Source of the DNA: Nitrosospira multiformis ATCC 25196 | GTDB taxonomy: Bacteria > Pseudomonadota > Gammaproteobacteria > Burkholderiales > Nitrosomonadaceae | DNA length: 32,000 nt | Assembly: GCF_000196355.1 (NCBI RefSeq) | Contig: NC_007614.1 | Coordinates: 2,130,001-2,162,000 of the forward strand | Direction: 5' to 3' | Notes under the pieces: generated by a model | What the model was told of the DNA's origin: nothing | Databases searched by the model: none | The model's input: only the letters and a program-made list of their open reading frames with translations | Shown here: piece by piece, positions 21,210-31,294 of the stretch | How positions within the stretch are numbered: position 1 is the first letter of the stretch | Layout: every line of letters starts with the position of its first letter | Position numbers and translations under genes: made by a program

Positions 21210-22697
21210 CTATGCTCTATCGGCCGGGGCAAACCACGGGGCACGTGCCGCCATGATCAACTGCCTGGCCCGTTCAGTATCCATCTCGACCATTTCCACC
21301 AGATCATCCACAGCCAGGTCGGCCAGGTCTTCCTGGGTGCTTACTCCTTTAGCCGCGAGTTCGCGCGCGGTCTGGCTGTCCATGCCTTCCAGCGCGAGCA
21401 GGTCTTCGGCGATGTGCTCCACCTTTTCCTCGCTCACGATGGCCTCGGTCAACAATGCGTTGCGAGCCCGATTGCGAAGCTCGTTGACGGTCTGTTCGTC
21501 AAATGCTTCGATCTCCATCATTTCGCTGAGCGGCACGTAAGCCACTTCTTCCAGAGTAGTAAAGCCTTCCTGCGCCAGAATGTCCGCCACTTCCTCATCC
21601 ACATCCAGTTTTTCCATGAAGAGATGGCGCAAAACCGAAAACTCCTCTTCATTTTTTGCCTGTGACTCTTCCATCGTCATGATGTTGAGCTCCCAGCCTG
21701 TCAATTCCGAGGCGAGCCGGACATTCTGGCCTCCACGTCCGATCGCCTGGGCCAGATTGCCTTCATCCACGACAATGTCCATGCTGTGTTTCTCTTCATC
21801 CACCAGAATGCTGCTGATCTCGGCAGGAGCCAGCGCATTGATTACGAATGTGGCGGGGTCGTCAGACCAAAGGATGATGTCTACCCTTTCACCCGCCAGT
21901 TCGCCGGTCACGGCCTGGACTCTGGAACCCCGCATGCCTACGCAGGTACCGATCGGATCCACTCGCTGATCATTCGACTTCACTGCGATCTTCGCACGCG
22001 AACCAGGATCACGCGCTGCCACCTTGATCTCCAGCAAGCCCTCCTCGATCTCAGGCACTTCCAGCTCAAACAGCTTTATCAGAAATTCCGGCACAATTCT
22101 CGACAGGATTAACTGCGGACCTCTCGTAGTACGGTCGATCCTGTGCAAGTAAGCGCGCACTCTGTCCCCGACACGCAGATTCTCCTTGGGAATCATCTGG
22201 TCACGCGGCAATACGGCCTCTACCCTGCCGGATTCGATGATCGCGTTTCCGCGTTCCATGCGCTTGATGGTTCCGGTAACCATATATTCCTTGCGCTCGA
22301 GAAAATCGTTCAGGATCTGCTCGCGTTCGGCATCACGGATTTTCTGGAATATCACCTGTTTCGCCGCTTGGGCGCCGATGCGCCCGAATTCCACCGGCTC
22401 CAGGATTTCTTCGATATATTCGTCGAGCTGGATTTCAGGATTTTGCCGAAAGGCCTCGCTCAGCGATATCTGACGAGCGGGATCCTCCACTGCATCGTCG
22501 GCCACCACCTGCCAGCGGCGCAAGGATTGATAGTCCCCTGTCTGGTGGTCGATCGACACGCGCACGTCAGCGTCCTCGTTAAAACGCTTTTTCGTGGCGG
22601 ACGCCAATGCAAGCTCAAGTGCGGCAAAAACAATGTTCTTTTCCACATTCTTTTCGCGCGCCAGTGCATCCACCAATAGCAAAACCTCGCGGCTCAT
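21210..22697 (-). CDS. nusA: Transcription termination/antitermination protein NusA
   Basis: 495 aa; [54 protein letters not shown]...[25 protein letters not shown], duplicated C-terminal acidic HhH repeats. Confidence 0.98.
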   Translation of the reverse strand: MSREVLLLVDALAREKNVEKNIVFAALELALASATKKRFNEDADVRVSIDHQTGDYQSLRRWQVVADDAVEDPARQISLSEAFRQNPEIQLDEYIEEILEPVEFGRIGAQAAKQVIFQKIRDAEREQILNDFLERKEYMVTGTIKRMERGNAIIESGRVEAVLPRDQMIPKENLRVGDRVRAYLHRIDRTTRGPQLILSRIVPEFLIKLFELEVPEIEEGLLEIKVAARDPGSRAKIAVKSNDQRVDPIGTCVGMRGSRVQAVTGELAGERVDIILWSDDPATFVINALAPAEISSILVDEEKHSMDIVVDEGNLAQAIGRGGQNVRLASELTGWELNIMTMEESQAKNEEEFSVLRHLFMEKLDVDEEVADILAQEGFTTLEEVAYVPLSEMMEIEAFDEQTVNELRNRARNALLTEAIVSEEKVEHIAEDLLALEGMDSQTARELAAKGVSTQEDLADLAVDDLVEMVEMDTERARQLIMAARAPWFAPADRA

Positions 22698-22723
22698 GTT
22701 ACCTCCAGCCAGTTACTCATAGA

Positions 22724-23152
22724 TTACAATTTCGGAACGAGGCGAACCTTCTCAAGGTTAGTGAGTTCAAGGTCCAGCATTTTTCCATCTACTTCCAGTT
22801 TTAAAATTCCGTCCTTCACTTCGCGCAAAATGCCGACAAAATTTCTTTGCCCCTGTAACGCCACCCGCAGCCTGAGTTTAACGGACTCTCCCGCAAAGCG
22901 GATAAAATCCGCTGTCTTTTTCAGCGGCCGATCTAGACCCGGCGAAGATACTTCCAGTCTGTCATAGTCCACGTTCTCGACGGCGAGAAACCGGCTCAGA
23001 TGATTACTGACAGTCACGCAATCATCCACATTCACACCACCGGGCTTGTCGATGAATATCCGCAACAGCTTTCCCCCCGGCGACCGCTCCAGGTCAACCA
23101 GTTCATAACCCAGTCCTGCAAGGGTCGGTTCGAGCAATTCGTACAGATCCAT
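22724..23152 (-). CDS. rimP: Ribosome maturation factor RimP
   Basis: 142 aa; [72 protein letters not shown]. Confidence 0.96.
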   Translation of the reverse strand: MDLYELLEPTLAGLGYELVDLERSPGGKLLRIFIDKPGGVNVDDCVTVSNHLSRFLAVENVDYDRLEVSSPGLDRPLKKTADFIRFAGESVKLRLRVALQGQRNFVGILREVKDGILKLEVDGKMLDLELTNLEKVRLVPKL

Positions 23153-23172
23153 AGTGCCGATACAAACAAAAA

Positions 23173-23192
23173 ATGGGCTGAAAGAAGCCCAT
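23173..23192 (-). terminator. Terminator/attenuator-like hairpin immediately upstream of rimP
   Basis: Minus strand ATGGGCT-TCTTTC-AGCCCAT-TTTTTG: perfect 7-bp stem plus T tract, about 20 bp before the rimP start at 23152. Confidence 0.7.
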
Positions 23193-23458
23193 CGTTATTA
23201 TTCTATTTTAACAAACATTTATGATAGGGGAAATAGGAACTGAGTTCCGCTTTCATGATCAACTGACAAAAAACCTGCCAAAAAGTTTTTTCTGCCAACG
23301 CGTTATAGAAAAAAACGATAACTCTGCAAGAGCGGGCGACAATACGCGGATTTGCCATCGGCATGCGTAAACGGCGGATCGGCATGAAAAAACTTATTAC
23401 AAAAAGCGTCGAATGATACAATTTATCAGCCCAAACAAAAATATTCAGGGAGGTAGCT

Positions 23459-25428
23459 GTGGCGACGATTCAATCTATCCTCAATGAAACACGCACCTTT
23501 ACACCCTCCGCTTCGTTCGTGGAACAAGCAAACGTATCCGGAATGGAAGAATATGATGCCCTTTGCGCAGAGGCAGAAAAGGATGAGGCAGCATTCTGGT
23601 CCAGACTGGCGCGGGATCATATTTCCTGGCACAAACCATTTACCCGCGTACTGGATGAAACCAACCATCCGTTCTTTACCTGGTTCGATGACGGAGAACT
23701 GAATGTTTCATACAATTGTCTCGATCGGCACCAGGCCACCCAGTCGGACAAGGTTGCGCTTATTTTCGAGGCGGATGACGGCACCGTCACGCGCTGCACC
23801 TACCAGGATCTCTACCGCCGCGTATGCAGGTTTGCAAATGGTCTCAAGTCGCTGAATATCAGGAAAGGTGATCGCGTCGTTATCTACATGCCGATGAGTA
23901 TCGAGGCGGTAGTGGCAATGCTGGCCTGCGCGCGCATCGGTGCGACCCATTCAGTCGTGTTCGGTGGCTTTTCCGCCAAAAGCCTGCATGAGCGAATTAT
24001 CGACGCAGGCGCGGTAGCCGTGATTACCGCGGACGAGCAATGGCGCGGCGGCAAAATCAACTACCTGAAAGCCGTTGTCGAAGATGCGCTCGGTAGAGGT
24101 GAAACGGACTCGGTGAAATCCGTGGTGGTCTACCAGCGAGGCAGCGGTGACCTGCAACTGGACGCCAATCGCGACATCTGGTGGCATGATCTCATCCGGG
24201 ATCAGAGCGAGACCTGTGAGCCCGAATGGGTGAACGCCGAGCATCCGCTATTTACGCTCTACACCTCCGGTTCCACCGGCAAGCCAAAAGGCGTGCAACA
24301 CTCTTCCGCGGGCTTTCTGCTGGGCGCCATCACGAGCATGCAATGGATTTTCGACTACAAGTCTTCCGATATCTTCTGGTGCACGGCCGACGTAGGCTGG
24401 GTCACGGGGCACACTTATGTGACTTATGGTCCGCTCGCCGTCGGGGCGACCCAGATCATATTCGAAGGCGCGTTCCTACTTATCCTGACGCGGGTCGCTT
24501 CTGGAAAATGATCCAGGATCATAAGGTGACCACGTTTTATACCGCCCCCACTGCCATCCGCTCGCTTATAAAACTCGGACCCGACCTGCCGAAACAATAT
24601 GACCTTTCCTCATTGCGCCTGCTCGGTTCAGTGGGCGAACCGATCAACCCGGAAGCGTGGATGTGGTATTACACGACCGTTGGCCAATCCCGCTGTCCGT
24701 TGGTGGACACCTGGTGGCAAACCGAAACAGGCGCTCACATGATCGCCCCCACGCCTGGAGCAGTAATGCTCAAGCCCGGTTCCTGCACTTTGCCGCTCCC
24801 CGGTATCAAAGCCGGTATCGTGGATGAAGCCGGGCATGATGTGCCGGTAGGCAAAGGGGGGTTTCTCGTGATCAAGCGTCCGTTTCCTTCCCTGGCCCGC
24901 ACCTTGTGGGGAGATCCGGAACGCTTCAGAAATACCTATTTTCCCGAAGAGCTTGGCGGTAAATACTATCTCGCGGGAGATTCGGCTCATCGCGATGCGG
25001 ACGGCTATTTCTGGATCATGGGGCGCATCGACGATGTACTGACTGTTTCCGGCCACCGTTTAGGGACAATGGAAATCGAATCGGCGCTGGTAGCGAGCCC
25101 CTTGGTTGCTGAAGCCGCGGTGGTAGGCAAGCCGGATGAAATCAAAACCGAGGCCATCGTGGCTTTCGTGGTATTGAAAGGGGCTCGCCCGAAAGCAGAG
25201 GACGCTCATCGCATTGTGCAGGAATTGCGCAATTGGGTATCGCAGGAGATCGGCCCCATCGCCCGGCCTGATGAAATCCGTTTTGGGGATAACCTGCCGA
25301 AAACCAGGTCCGGCAAAATCATGCGCCGGTTGTTGCGCACGCTGGCAAGGGATGAAGAAATAACTCAGGATGTATCCACCCTGGAAAACCCGGCGATACT
25401 TGAACAATTGAAACAGGCGGTAGCGTAG
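23459..25428 (+). pseudogene. acs: Acetyl-CoA synthetase, interrupted by an apparent frameshift near 24467-24472
   Basis: ORF 23459..24511 (GTG start, [16 protein letters not shown]...[20 protein letters not shown]...[19 protein letters not shown]) continues in a different frame within ORF 24226..25428 ([34 protein letters not shown]...[14 protein letters not shown]...EQLKQAVA). Combined length is about 655 aa, normal for Acs. Pseudogene status is not proven; a sequencing error is possible. Confidence 0.85.
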
Positions 25429-25494
25429 TTGGGGAATCTGCGTCTCGGCCGGTTGCATGATGACGCGCGATCTTCATCGGACGTCGAGCCTGGA

Positions 25495-26487
25495 ATGACC
25501 TCATCGCTTTCTATTTTGCCTCCGCACATTTCCCGTTTCCCCGCCCTCACTGATTATGAAGATGGCATCAGCGCCATTGATGCCGATTATTTGCGCCCCG
25601 GCCTGGCTGCAATTCATCTGATTGTGGAAAACGGTAAAGCCGCGCTGGTGGATACCGGAACTTCATCTTCCGTTCCCGGTGTACTGGAAGTGCTGCAGAA
25701 GAAGAATCTGGCTCCCGCAGATGTAGTATACGTGCTTGTTACGCATATCCATCTCGATCATGCGGGAGGTGCGGGAGAATTCATGCGCCATCTCCCTAAC
25801 GCCAGACTGGTGGTGCATCCGCGTGGCGCTCGCCATGTGGCAGATCCGGCGCGTCTTGTCGCAAGCGCCATGAGCGTCTATGGTGAAGCGGAATTCAAAC
25901 GCATGTACGGGGATATCCATCCCATAGATGCCAGCAGAATCATCGAGGCACCAGACGAATTCAGGCTGGATTTCAACGGCAGACCGCTGCTGTTTCTCGA
26001 TACGCCGGGACATGCGCGTCATCACTACTGCATTTTCGACGAGCGAAGCAATTCCTTTTTCACCGGTGACACATTCGGCCTTTCCTATCGGGAATTCGAT
26101 GTCAATGGCATGGAATTCGTGTTTCCGACGACCACTCCCGTGCAGTTCGACCCCGTCGCGGCGCATGCCTCACTGGATCGTCTCATGAGCTACAACCCCT
26201 CTTATGCCTTTCTCACGCATTATGGTCGCATCGCGCATCTCCCACGCCATGCGAACGAGCTGCATGGACTGATTGACGCCCACGTATCGATTGCCAGGAA
26301 GCTACGCGACGTGCCTGACAACCATGCAGCTCTGGTAGATGAACTGGGCGAGTTGTTGTTGCGCAGGATAATCGCGCACGGCTGTAAATTAACCGAGGAA
26401 AGGATTCGCAGCCTGCTGAAGCTCGATGTCGAGCTCAATGCGCAGGGCCTTGAGAACTGGCTGGATCATTCCGAGGGGAAAGGTTGA
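25495..26487 (+). CDS. MBL-fold metallo-hydrolase
   Basis: ORF 25429..26487; likely start MTSSLSILPPHI at 25495. THIHLDHAGGAG motif, LVDTGTSS, LDTPGHARHHYCIFDERSNSFFTGDTFGL. Confidence 0.88.
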   Translation: MTSSLSILPPHISRFPALTDYEDGISAIDADYLRPGLAAIHLIVENGKAALVDTGTSSSVPGVLEVLQKKNLAPADVVYVLVTHIHLDHAGGAGEFMRHLPNARLVVHPRGARHVADPARLVASAMSVYGEAEFKRMYGDIHPIDASRIIEAPDEFRLDFNGRPLLFLDTPGHARHHYCIFDERSNSFFTGDTFGLSYREFDVNGMEFVFPTTTPVQFDPVAAHASLDRLMSYNPSYAFLTHYGRIAHLPRHANELHGLIDAHVSIARKLRDVPDNHAALVDELGELLLRRIIAHGCKLTEERIRSLLKLDVELNAQGLENWLDHSEGKG

Positions 26488-26569
26488 GCCGCGCCAGTCA
26501 GGCAACTGTCGGAAGCTGCCATAGCAGCTATATTAACGACGTGAGGAGAAGATAATAAAAAGCGGATAC

Positions 26570-27409
26570 TTATGCGATTCCCGCTTCCATTTGCCTCACC
26601 CTCTCAAAAAAACAAACTGCTGCCGCAGCCGCCGCATTCAGTGATTCTGCATCCCCCGGCATGGGGATAGTAATCCGTTCATGGGCGACCTGAAGCAACT
26701 CATCGCTCAAACCCGCACCCTCGTTCCCGAAAACGAAGGCTACCGGGCCGCTCAATCGCATCTGGTAAAGACTTTTTTTCGCATCCAGTATGCTTGCAAT
26801 TACTTTGCCTCCGAATGTCCGCGCAACTTCTGCCAGGTTGGCACGTTCGTGTATTCGCACAAGAAAATGCGCGCCCATGGCGGCACGAAGCGTCTTCGGC
26901 GACCAAGCATCGGCACAATCGTTGGAAAGATACACATCGCTTGCACCCGCCGCAGCGGCGGAACGCAGTATGGAGCCGACGTTGCCAGGGTCTTGTATGG
27001 CTTCAAGCAATACACAGAAGCTTTCTGCCTGCCCTCTCTTTTTCAGGGGAATGGCTTCGGGAGAAGGAATCGGCACTATAGCCATAAGACCTGTTGCAGT
27101 CTTTACTGTGGAAACTTCGCGGAACAACAAGTCCGGCAGGACGATCGCTGCCGCTTCCCGATGGGAGCCGCCGCCTTTTGTCACCTGCGTCACTTTTGTT
27201 ACTTTTTCCAGCAAAAATCGGATTTCCGGGTTTTCACGCCCGCTCTCGCTCGCGACGAGTTTTTCTGGCTTCCCCAGCGCAAAATAAGCTTCGACCAGAT
27301 GAATGCCGTCAAGAAGCGTCAGTCCCGCAATTCGCCGTTGCCGGGATGATTCCCGCAGTTTAACCAGTTCTTTGAAGGTGGGATTGTCGCGAGAGGTAAT
27401 AAACTTCAT
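26570..27409 (-). CDS. TrmH/SpoU-family RNA 2'-O-methyltransferase
   Basis: 279 aa; ITSRDNPTFKELVKLRESSRQRRIAGLTLLDGIHLV, LLEAIQDPGNVGSILRSAAAAGASDVYLSNDCADAWSPKTLRAAMGAHF, VFGNEGAGLSDEL, IPMPGDAESLNAAAAAAVCFFE. Confidence 0.93.
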   Translation of the reverse strand: MKFITSRDNPTFKELVKLRESSRQRRIAGLTLLDGIHLVEAYFALGKPEKLVASESGRENPEIRFLLEKVTKVTQVTKGGGSHREAAAIVLPDLLFREVSTVKTATGLMAIVPIPSPEAIPLKKRGQAESFCVLLEAIQDPGNVGSILRSAAAAGASDVYLSNDCADAWSPKTLRAAMGAHFLVRIHERANLAEVARTFGGKVIASILDAKKSLYQMRLSGPVAFVFGNEGAGLSDELLQVAHERITIPMPGDAESLNAAAAAAVCFFERVRQMEAGIA

Positions 27410-28047
27410 TGAGGATTGGGGTTCTCGCCAGGGTTCGCCATCGTCTTCTCCATTCCCGAGCCCATCCTGAACGGTTCCATGGGAATTGCCTGATACCTGA
27501 CTTCCAGAATTTCCAGTTCTTCCGTTCCTCCGGGCGCATGTAATGTCACCACATCCCCTTCACGCGCTTTGAGCAATGTCCGCGCCAGTGGTGAAACCCA
27601 GCTTATGTAGCCCCTGGTGGTATCGATCTCATTCACACCCACGATGGAAACGATCTTCTCCTCGCCTTTCTCGTTAATGTAGGTAACGGTAGCGCCAAAA
27701 AAAATCCGCGATTCATCTTCCCGGGGCATGGAGGGATCGATGATTTCCGCCATATCCAGTCGTCGGGTGAGAAAACGAATGCGCCGATCGATTTCGCGCA
27801 GGCGCTTCTTGCCGTAGATATAATCCGCGTTCTCCGAACGATCGCCATTCGCGGCAGCCCAGGAAACCGTTGCGGTTACCTGGGGACGTTCCCTGTTCAT
27901 CAACCACAAAAACTCGTCCATCAGCCGCTTATGCCCCTCCGGAGTAATGTAATTTTTGGAGCCGGAAGGTAATGATGGCAGGCCATTCCCGTTGCCTTCT
28001 TCGTCCAGGTCGTCAGACTCGCTTTCCCTGGTAAATGCCTTGCTCAT
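27406..28047 (-). CDS. greB: Transcription elongation factor GreB
   Basis: 213 aa; NYITPEGHKRLMDEFLWLMNRERPQVTATVSWAAANGDRSENADYIYGKKRLREIDRRIRFLTRRLD. Overlaps the downstream methyltransferase start by 4 bp (ATGA). Confidence 0.96.
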   Translation of the reverse strand: MSKAFTRESESDDLDEEGNGNGLPSLPSGSKNYITPEGHKRLMDEFLWLMNRERPQVTATVSWAAANGDRSENADYIYGKKRLREIDRRIRFLTRRLDMAEIIDPSMPREDESRIFFGATVTYINEKGEEKIVSIVGVNEIDTTRGYISWVSPLARTLLKAREGDVVTLHAPGGTEELEILEVRYQAIPMEPFRMGSGMEKTMANPGENPNPQ

Positions 28048-28171
28048 GCTTGCTCATTCAATCTCATTCAATCGGTCAGCAATCGGAATCCGATCTTGAC
28101 AGGCAGGCACAATGCCTCCTGTTTGAGCAGGTCCAGGCCAGATCCAGACTTCCAACTGTTTTCGTGGTGTT

Positions 28172-29176
28172 TTACACCTCATCCAGCATTCTCCTGGCTT
28201 CTTCCGCAGCCCCAAGTAGTCCGACTTTTGGATTCATCACTACATGTACCGGAATTTCCTCCATTAGCCCGGAAAAGCGTCCCTTGTCGCGAAATGCTTT
28301 CATGAAACCGCCTTCTCTCAATTTATCGATAATTTTTGGTGCAATCCCTCCCGCCACATATACCCCACCGCGGCACAGACCGGCCAAAGCCAGGTTGCCG
28401 GCGTAGGCTCCGTAAATCTCCACAAATAAATCCATTGCTTTCGCTGCTAACGGATGCTTCTGGTTGAAGGCGAGATCGGATATACGAGCGGCATCATCTT
28501 CTTTCGACTGCGTCGATGTCCATTCGCGTTTATCGCCTGACTCATCCTGAAGAAAACGAAAAATATTTGTCAGTCCCGGACCGGAGAGCACCCGCTCGAC
28601 CGATACATGGCCCAAGCGTTTTCGCAGATGATGCAACAATCGGTCCTGCAATTCATTCGCTGGCGCAAAATCAATATGCCCGGCTTCGCTCGGCAGCGAT
28701 GAGTAGTCTCCATTTTGCCAGACGAGCCATGCCACTCCCATGCCGGTACCCGCCCCCAACACGACTCGCATCTTGCCGACATGAGGCTGGCCGGCCTGCA
28801 ATGTCATCAGGTCGTGTTCCGGCAGGATGCCCACACCCGATGCCACGGCCGCGAAGTCGTTGATGAGCTTGACCTTTGGAATGGAAAATTCCGAGGAAAG
28901 CACTGCAGAGTTCATCACCCACGGCAAATTTGTGAGTGCCGCTTCCTGCCTGGCAATTGGCCCCGCTACCGCGAAACAGGCGCTCATGGGATTGCCATCG
29001 CTATCGAGCGCGGAGACTTCATTAATAAAGTCTCGGAGCATGTCCGAAAAACTCGAATAGGCCGGACTCTCGTAGCGCCGTTCGCCCCATACCCGGACAT
29101 TGCCTTCTTTCAGTTCCGCTGCTTGCAGCAATGTCTTGGTTCCGCCGATGTCGCCACTAATGAAATATTCGTTCAC
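28172..29176 (-). CDS. glk: Glucokinase (Glk family)
   Basis: 334 aa; YFISGDIGGTKTLLQAAEL, FAVAGPIARQEAALTNLPWVMN, INDFAAVASGV, GAGTGMGVAWLVW, SEAGHIDFAPANELQDRLLHHLRKR, GGVYVAGGIAPKI. Confidence 0.93.
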   Translation of the reverse strand: MNEYFISGDIGGTKTLLQAAELKEGNVRVWGERRYESPAYSSFSDMLRDFINEVSALDSDGNPMSACFAVAGPIARQEAALTNLPWVMNSAVLSSEFSIPKVKLINDFAAVASGVGILPEHDLMTLQAGQPHVGKMRVVLGAGTGMGVAWLVWQNGDYSSLPSEAGHIDFAPANELQDRLLHHLRKRLGHVSVERVLSGPGLTNIFRFLQDESGDKREWTSTQSKEDDAARISDLAFNQKHPLAAKAMDLFVEIYGAYAGNLALAGLCRGGVYVAGGIAPKIIDKLREGGFMKAFRDKGRFSGLMEEIPVHVVMNPKVGLLGAAEEARRMLDEV

Positions 29177-29988
29177 GGTTCACTCCGTCGCTGCGCGGGG
29201 TCCTGACGATAAAACAGCGCGAGTTGCTCATATACTGCCGGGAAGTGTATTCTGACAGAGATAGGCATTTCGAAAAAAGCTTCGCTGATCACCGCGAAGA
29301 ATTCTGCCGGACTCTCGGCCGCATAAAGGTCGATTTCCATCATCTCCCCGGCATCGATACTCCTGCAAAAATCCGCATAAGCTTTACTGAACGCTTCACT
29401 CCATGCCTGCCGGCTCATATCCGGATGTATGGGAGGAAAACCGTTAGCCTCTCCATTCAGCATATCCAGCTTGTGGGCGAATTCGTGTATGACAACATTG
29501 TATCCCTGGCTGATCTCGGTCCCTGACACAGCGGCCACCGCGTCTTCCCAGGAGAGAATCACCGGTCCACCGAGCCAGGACTCGCCGGACGCAGGCTCCA
29601 CTGCGTGGTGCACTATGCCGTCCTCATCCACATATTCATAATCGCGAATAAATTCACCTGGATAGACGATGATTTCTACCCAGCCATCGTAATAATCGAG
29701 ATCGAGATTCAGGATCAGAATGCACGCCTGTGCAGCGATCAGTACGCGCATTTCGTCGGTGATTACCAGTCCGTGGGCACCGCTGATTTGCTTGACATGG
29801 AGAAACAGTACGACGCATTCCCGCAAGCGCTCGAGCTCAACCGCTTCGAGCGCCTGCAGGAACCGCAGGCGGGCTATCGCGTTCTGCCAGATATCATCGG
29901 GGACGGAGTGATTCTCGATGATACGGCGGCGATACCAGGATTTGATGTTCGAGAGCATGGGGGATTTTCTGGATATATCCTCCTGCAT
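29173..29988 (-). CDS. mtfA: MtfA-like zinc-dependent peptidase (M90 family)
   Basis: 271 aa; YDGWVEIIVYPGEFI...EPASGESWLGGPVILSWEDAV...NVVIHEFAHKLDMLNGEANGFPPIHP (HEFAH metal-binding motif). Confidence 0.92.
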   Translation of the reverse strand: MQEDISRKSPMLSNIKSWYRRRIIENHSVPDDIWQNAIARLRFLQALEAVELERLRECVVLFLHVKQISGAHGLVITDEMRVLIAAQACILILNLDLDYYDGWVEIIVYPGEFIRDYEYVDEDGIVHHAVEPASGESWLGGPVILSWEDAVAAVSGTEISQGYNVVIHEFAHKLDMLNGEANGFPPIHPDMSRQAWSEAFSKAYADFCRSIDAGEMMEIDLYAAESPAEFFAVISEAFFEMPISVRIHFPAVYEQLALFYRQDPAQRRSEP

Positions 29989-30004
29989 GTGATGCCGGCG
30001 GAAT

Positions 30005-31147
30005 TTATCTGGAGTTTTCTTCGTCCGCCGGTTGCATCACTGGCGTTTCCATTTCCAGTTGAGGCAGCTCGAGATCCACGGCCTCTATGCGGGCAAAGCG
30101 TTGACTTATCTTCCGGCTTGAAACATGTACCTCTTCCACATCCTGATTGGCCTGGCGGATATGGTCTGCAAGTTTTTTCATGCGCTCGTCAAAGCGTGCA
30201 AAATCCTTGCCCAGCCTGGACAGTTCGTTCTTGATGATGTGTACCTGCTCGCGCGTTTCGATATCCTTGAGCACCGCACGCGCGGTATTCAGTACCGCCA
30301 TCAGGGTGGTAGGCGAAACTATCCAGACCTGCTTCTGCATGGCGTAATCGACTATGTCCGAATGATAGGCATGGATTTCGGCGAAAACGGCCTCCGCCGG
30401 TACGAACATCACCGCTCCATCGCAGGTTTCCGGCGGCAGGATATATTTACCGGCAATGTCGTCCACATGTTTTTTCACGTCCGCCTTGAACTGCTTCTGC
30501 GCCAGGGCACGGCTCGTGTCATCCGTATGACGATCGAACATGCGATGAAAATTTTCCAGCGGAAATTTTGAATCGACCGCGACCATGCCCGTTGGAGGCG
30601 GTAGCTTCAGCACACAATCGGCGCGGCTGCTGTTGGAAAGCGTATGCTGCATTTCATATGCAGAGGGCGGCAGGATATTGCGAACCAGCGCTTCCAGTTG
30701 CACTTCGCCAAACGCGCCGCGCGAGCGTTTGTCGCCCAGAAGTTCCTGCAGGCTCACCATATTGGTGGTCAGGCTGTCGATCTTCTTCTGGGCTTCATCG
30801 ATCGTCGCAAGCCGCGTCATGACGCTGGTGAAAGTCTCATTGGTTTTCCTGAACCCTTCGTCGAGACGTTCAGCCACCCTCCCGCTGATCTGGTCCAGCC
30901 GCGCTTCCACCGTTCCCCGCAGTTGATCGGAATTCCTGCCCAGGACCTCGGAAAGCCGGTTGCCCTGGTTCGACAGCCCTTCATGCAAATCCTTGAGCAT
31001 GTCGCGATGCTTGTCTTCCATCAGCCTTGCCTGCTGCCCCAGCAGTTCGCGCACCATGGTCGAAAGCATACCGAGCCGGATCACCAGATAGGCCATGGTG
31101 ACAAGCAAAATCGCGGCAGCAGTAATGATCAGCAGGTAGTCTGGCAT
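30005..31147 (-). CDS. rmuC: DNA recombination protein RmuC
   Basis: 380 aa; N-terminal TM helix, coiled-coil region, LTTNMVSLQELLGDKRSRGAFGEVQLEALVRNILP, VDSKFPLENFHRM, IVSPTTLMAVLNTARAVLKD. Confidence 0.95.
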   Translation of the reverse strand: MPDYLLIITAAAILLVTMAYLVIRLGMLSTMVRELLGQQARLMEDKHRDMLKDLHEGLSNQGNRLSEVLGRNSDQLRGTVEARLDQISGRVAERLDEGFRKTNETFTSVMTRLATIDEAQKKIDSLTTNMVSLQELLGDKRSRGAFGEVQLEALVRNILPPSAYEMQHTLSNSSRADCVLKLPPPTGMVAVDSKFPLENFHRMFDRHTDDTSRALAQKQFKADVKKHVDDIAGKYILPPETCDGAVMFVPAEAVFAEIHAYHSDIVDYAMQKQVWIVSPTTLMAVLNTARAVLKDIETREQVHIIKNELSRLGKDFARFDERMKKLADHIRQANQDVEEVHVSSRKISQRFARIEAVDLELPQLEMETPVMQPADEENSR

Positions 31148-31294
31148 TATTTTTTGAAGTATACCGGAGAATTGTCCAGAGAATGTCTTTACCTGCCTGC
31201 TTTTCCTGATTAGGAGAAAACCCGTCGGTTGCCTCGGAAAAGCGTTCCATCAAACAGCAGAGCGAAATCTGGAATCGGGAAATTACTCCGGAAG

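Noticed and set aside
22143-22679. 178-aa plus-strand ORF antisense to nusA
   Set aside because: Shadow ORF antisense to a clearly conserved gene.
26500-26530. AGCTGCCATAGCAGCT hairpin between the MBL hydrolase and the methyltransferase gene
   Set aside because: Short 6-bp stem without a T tract on either strand; not enough for a terminator call.
30644-31213. 189-aa plus-strand ORF antisense to rmuC
   Set aside because: Shadow ORF antisense to rmuC.
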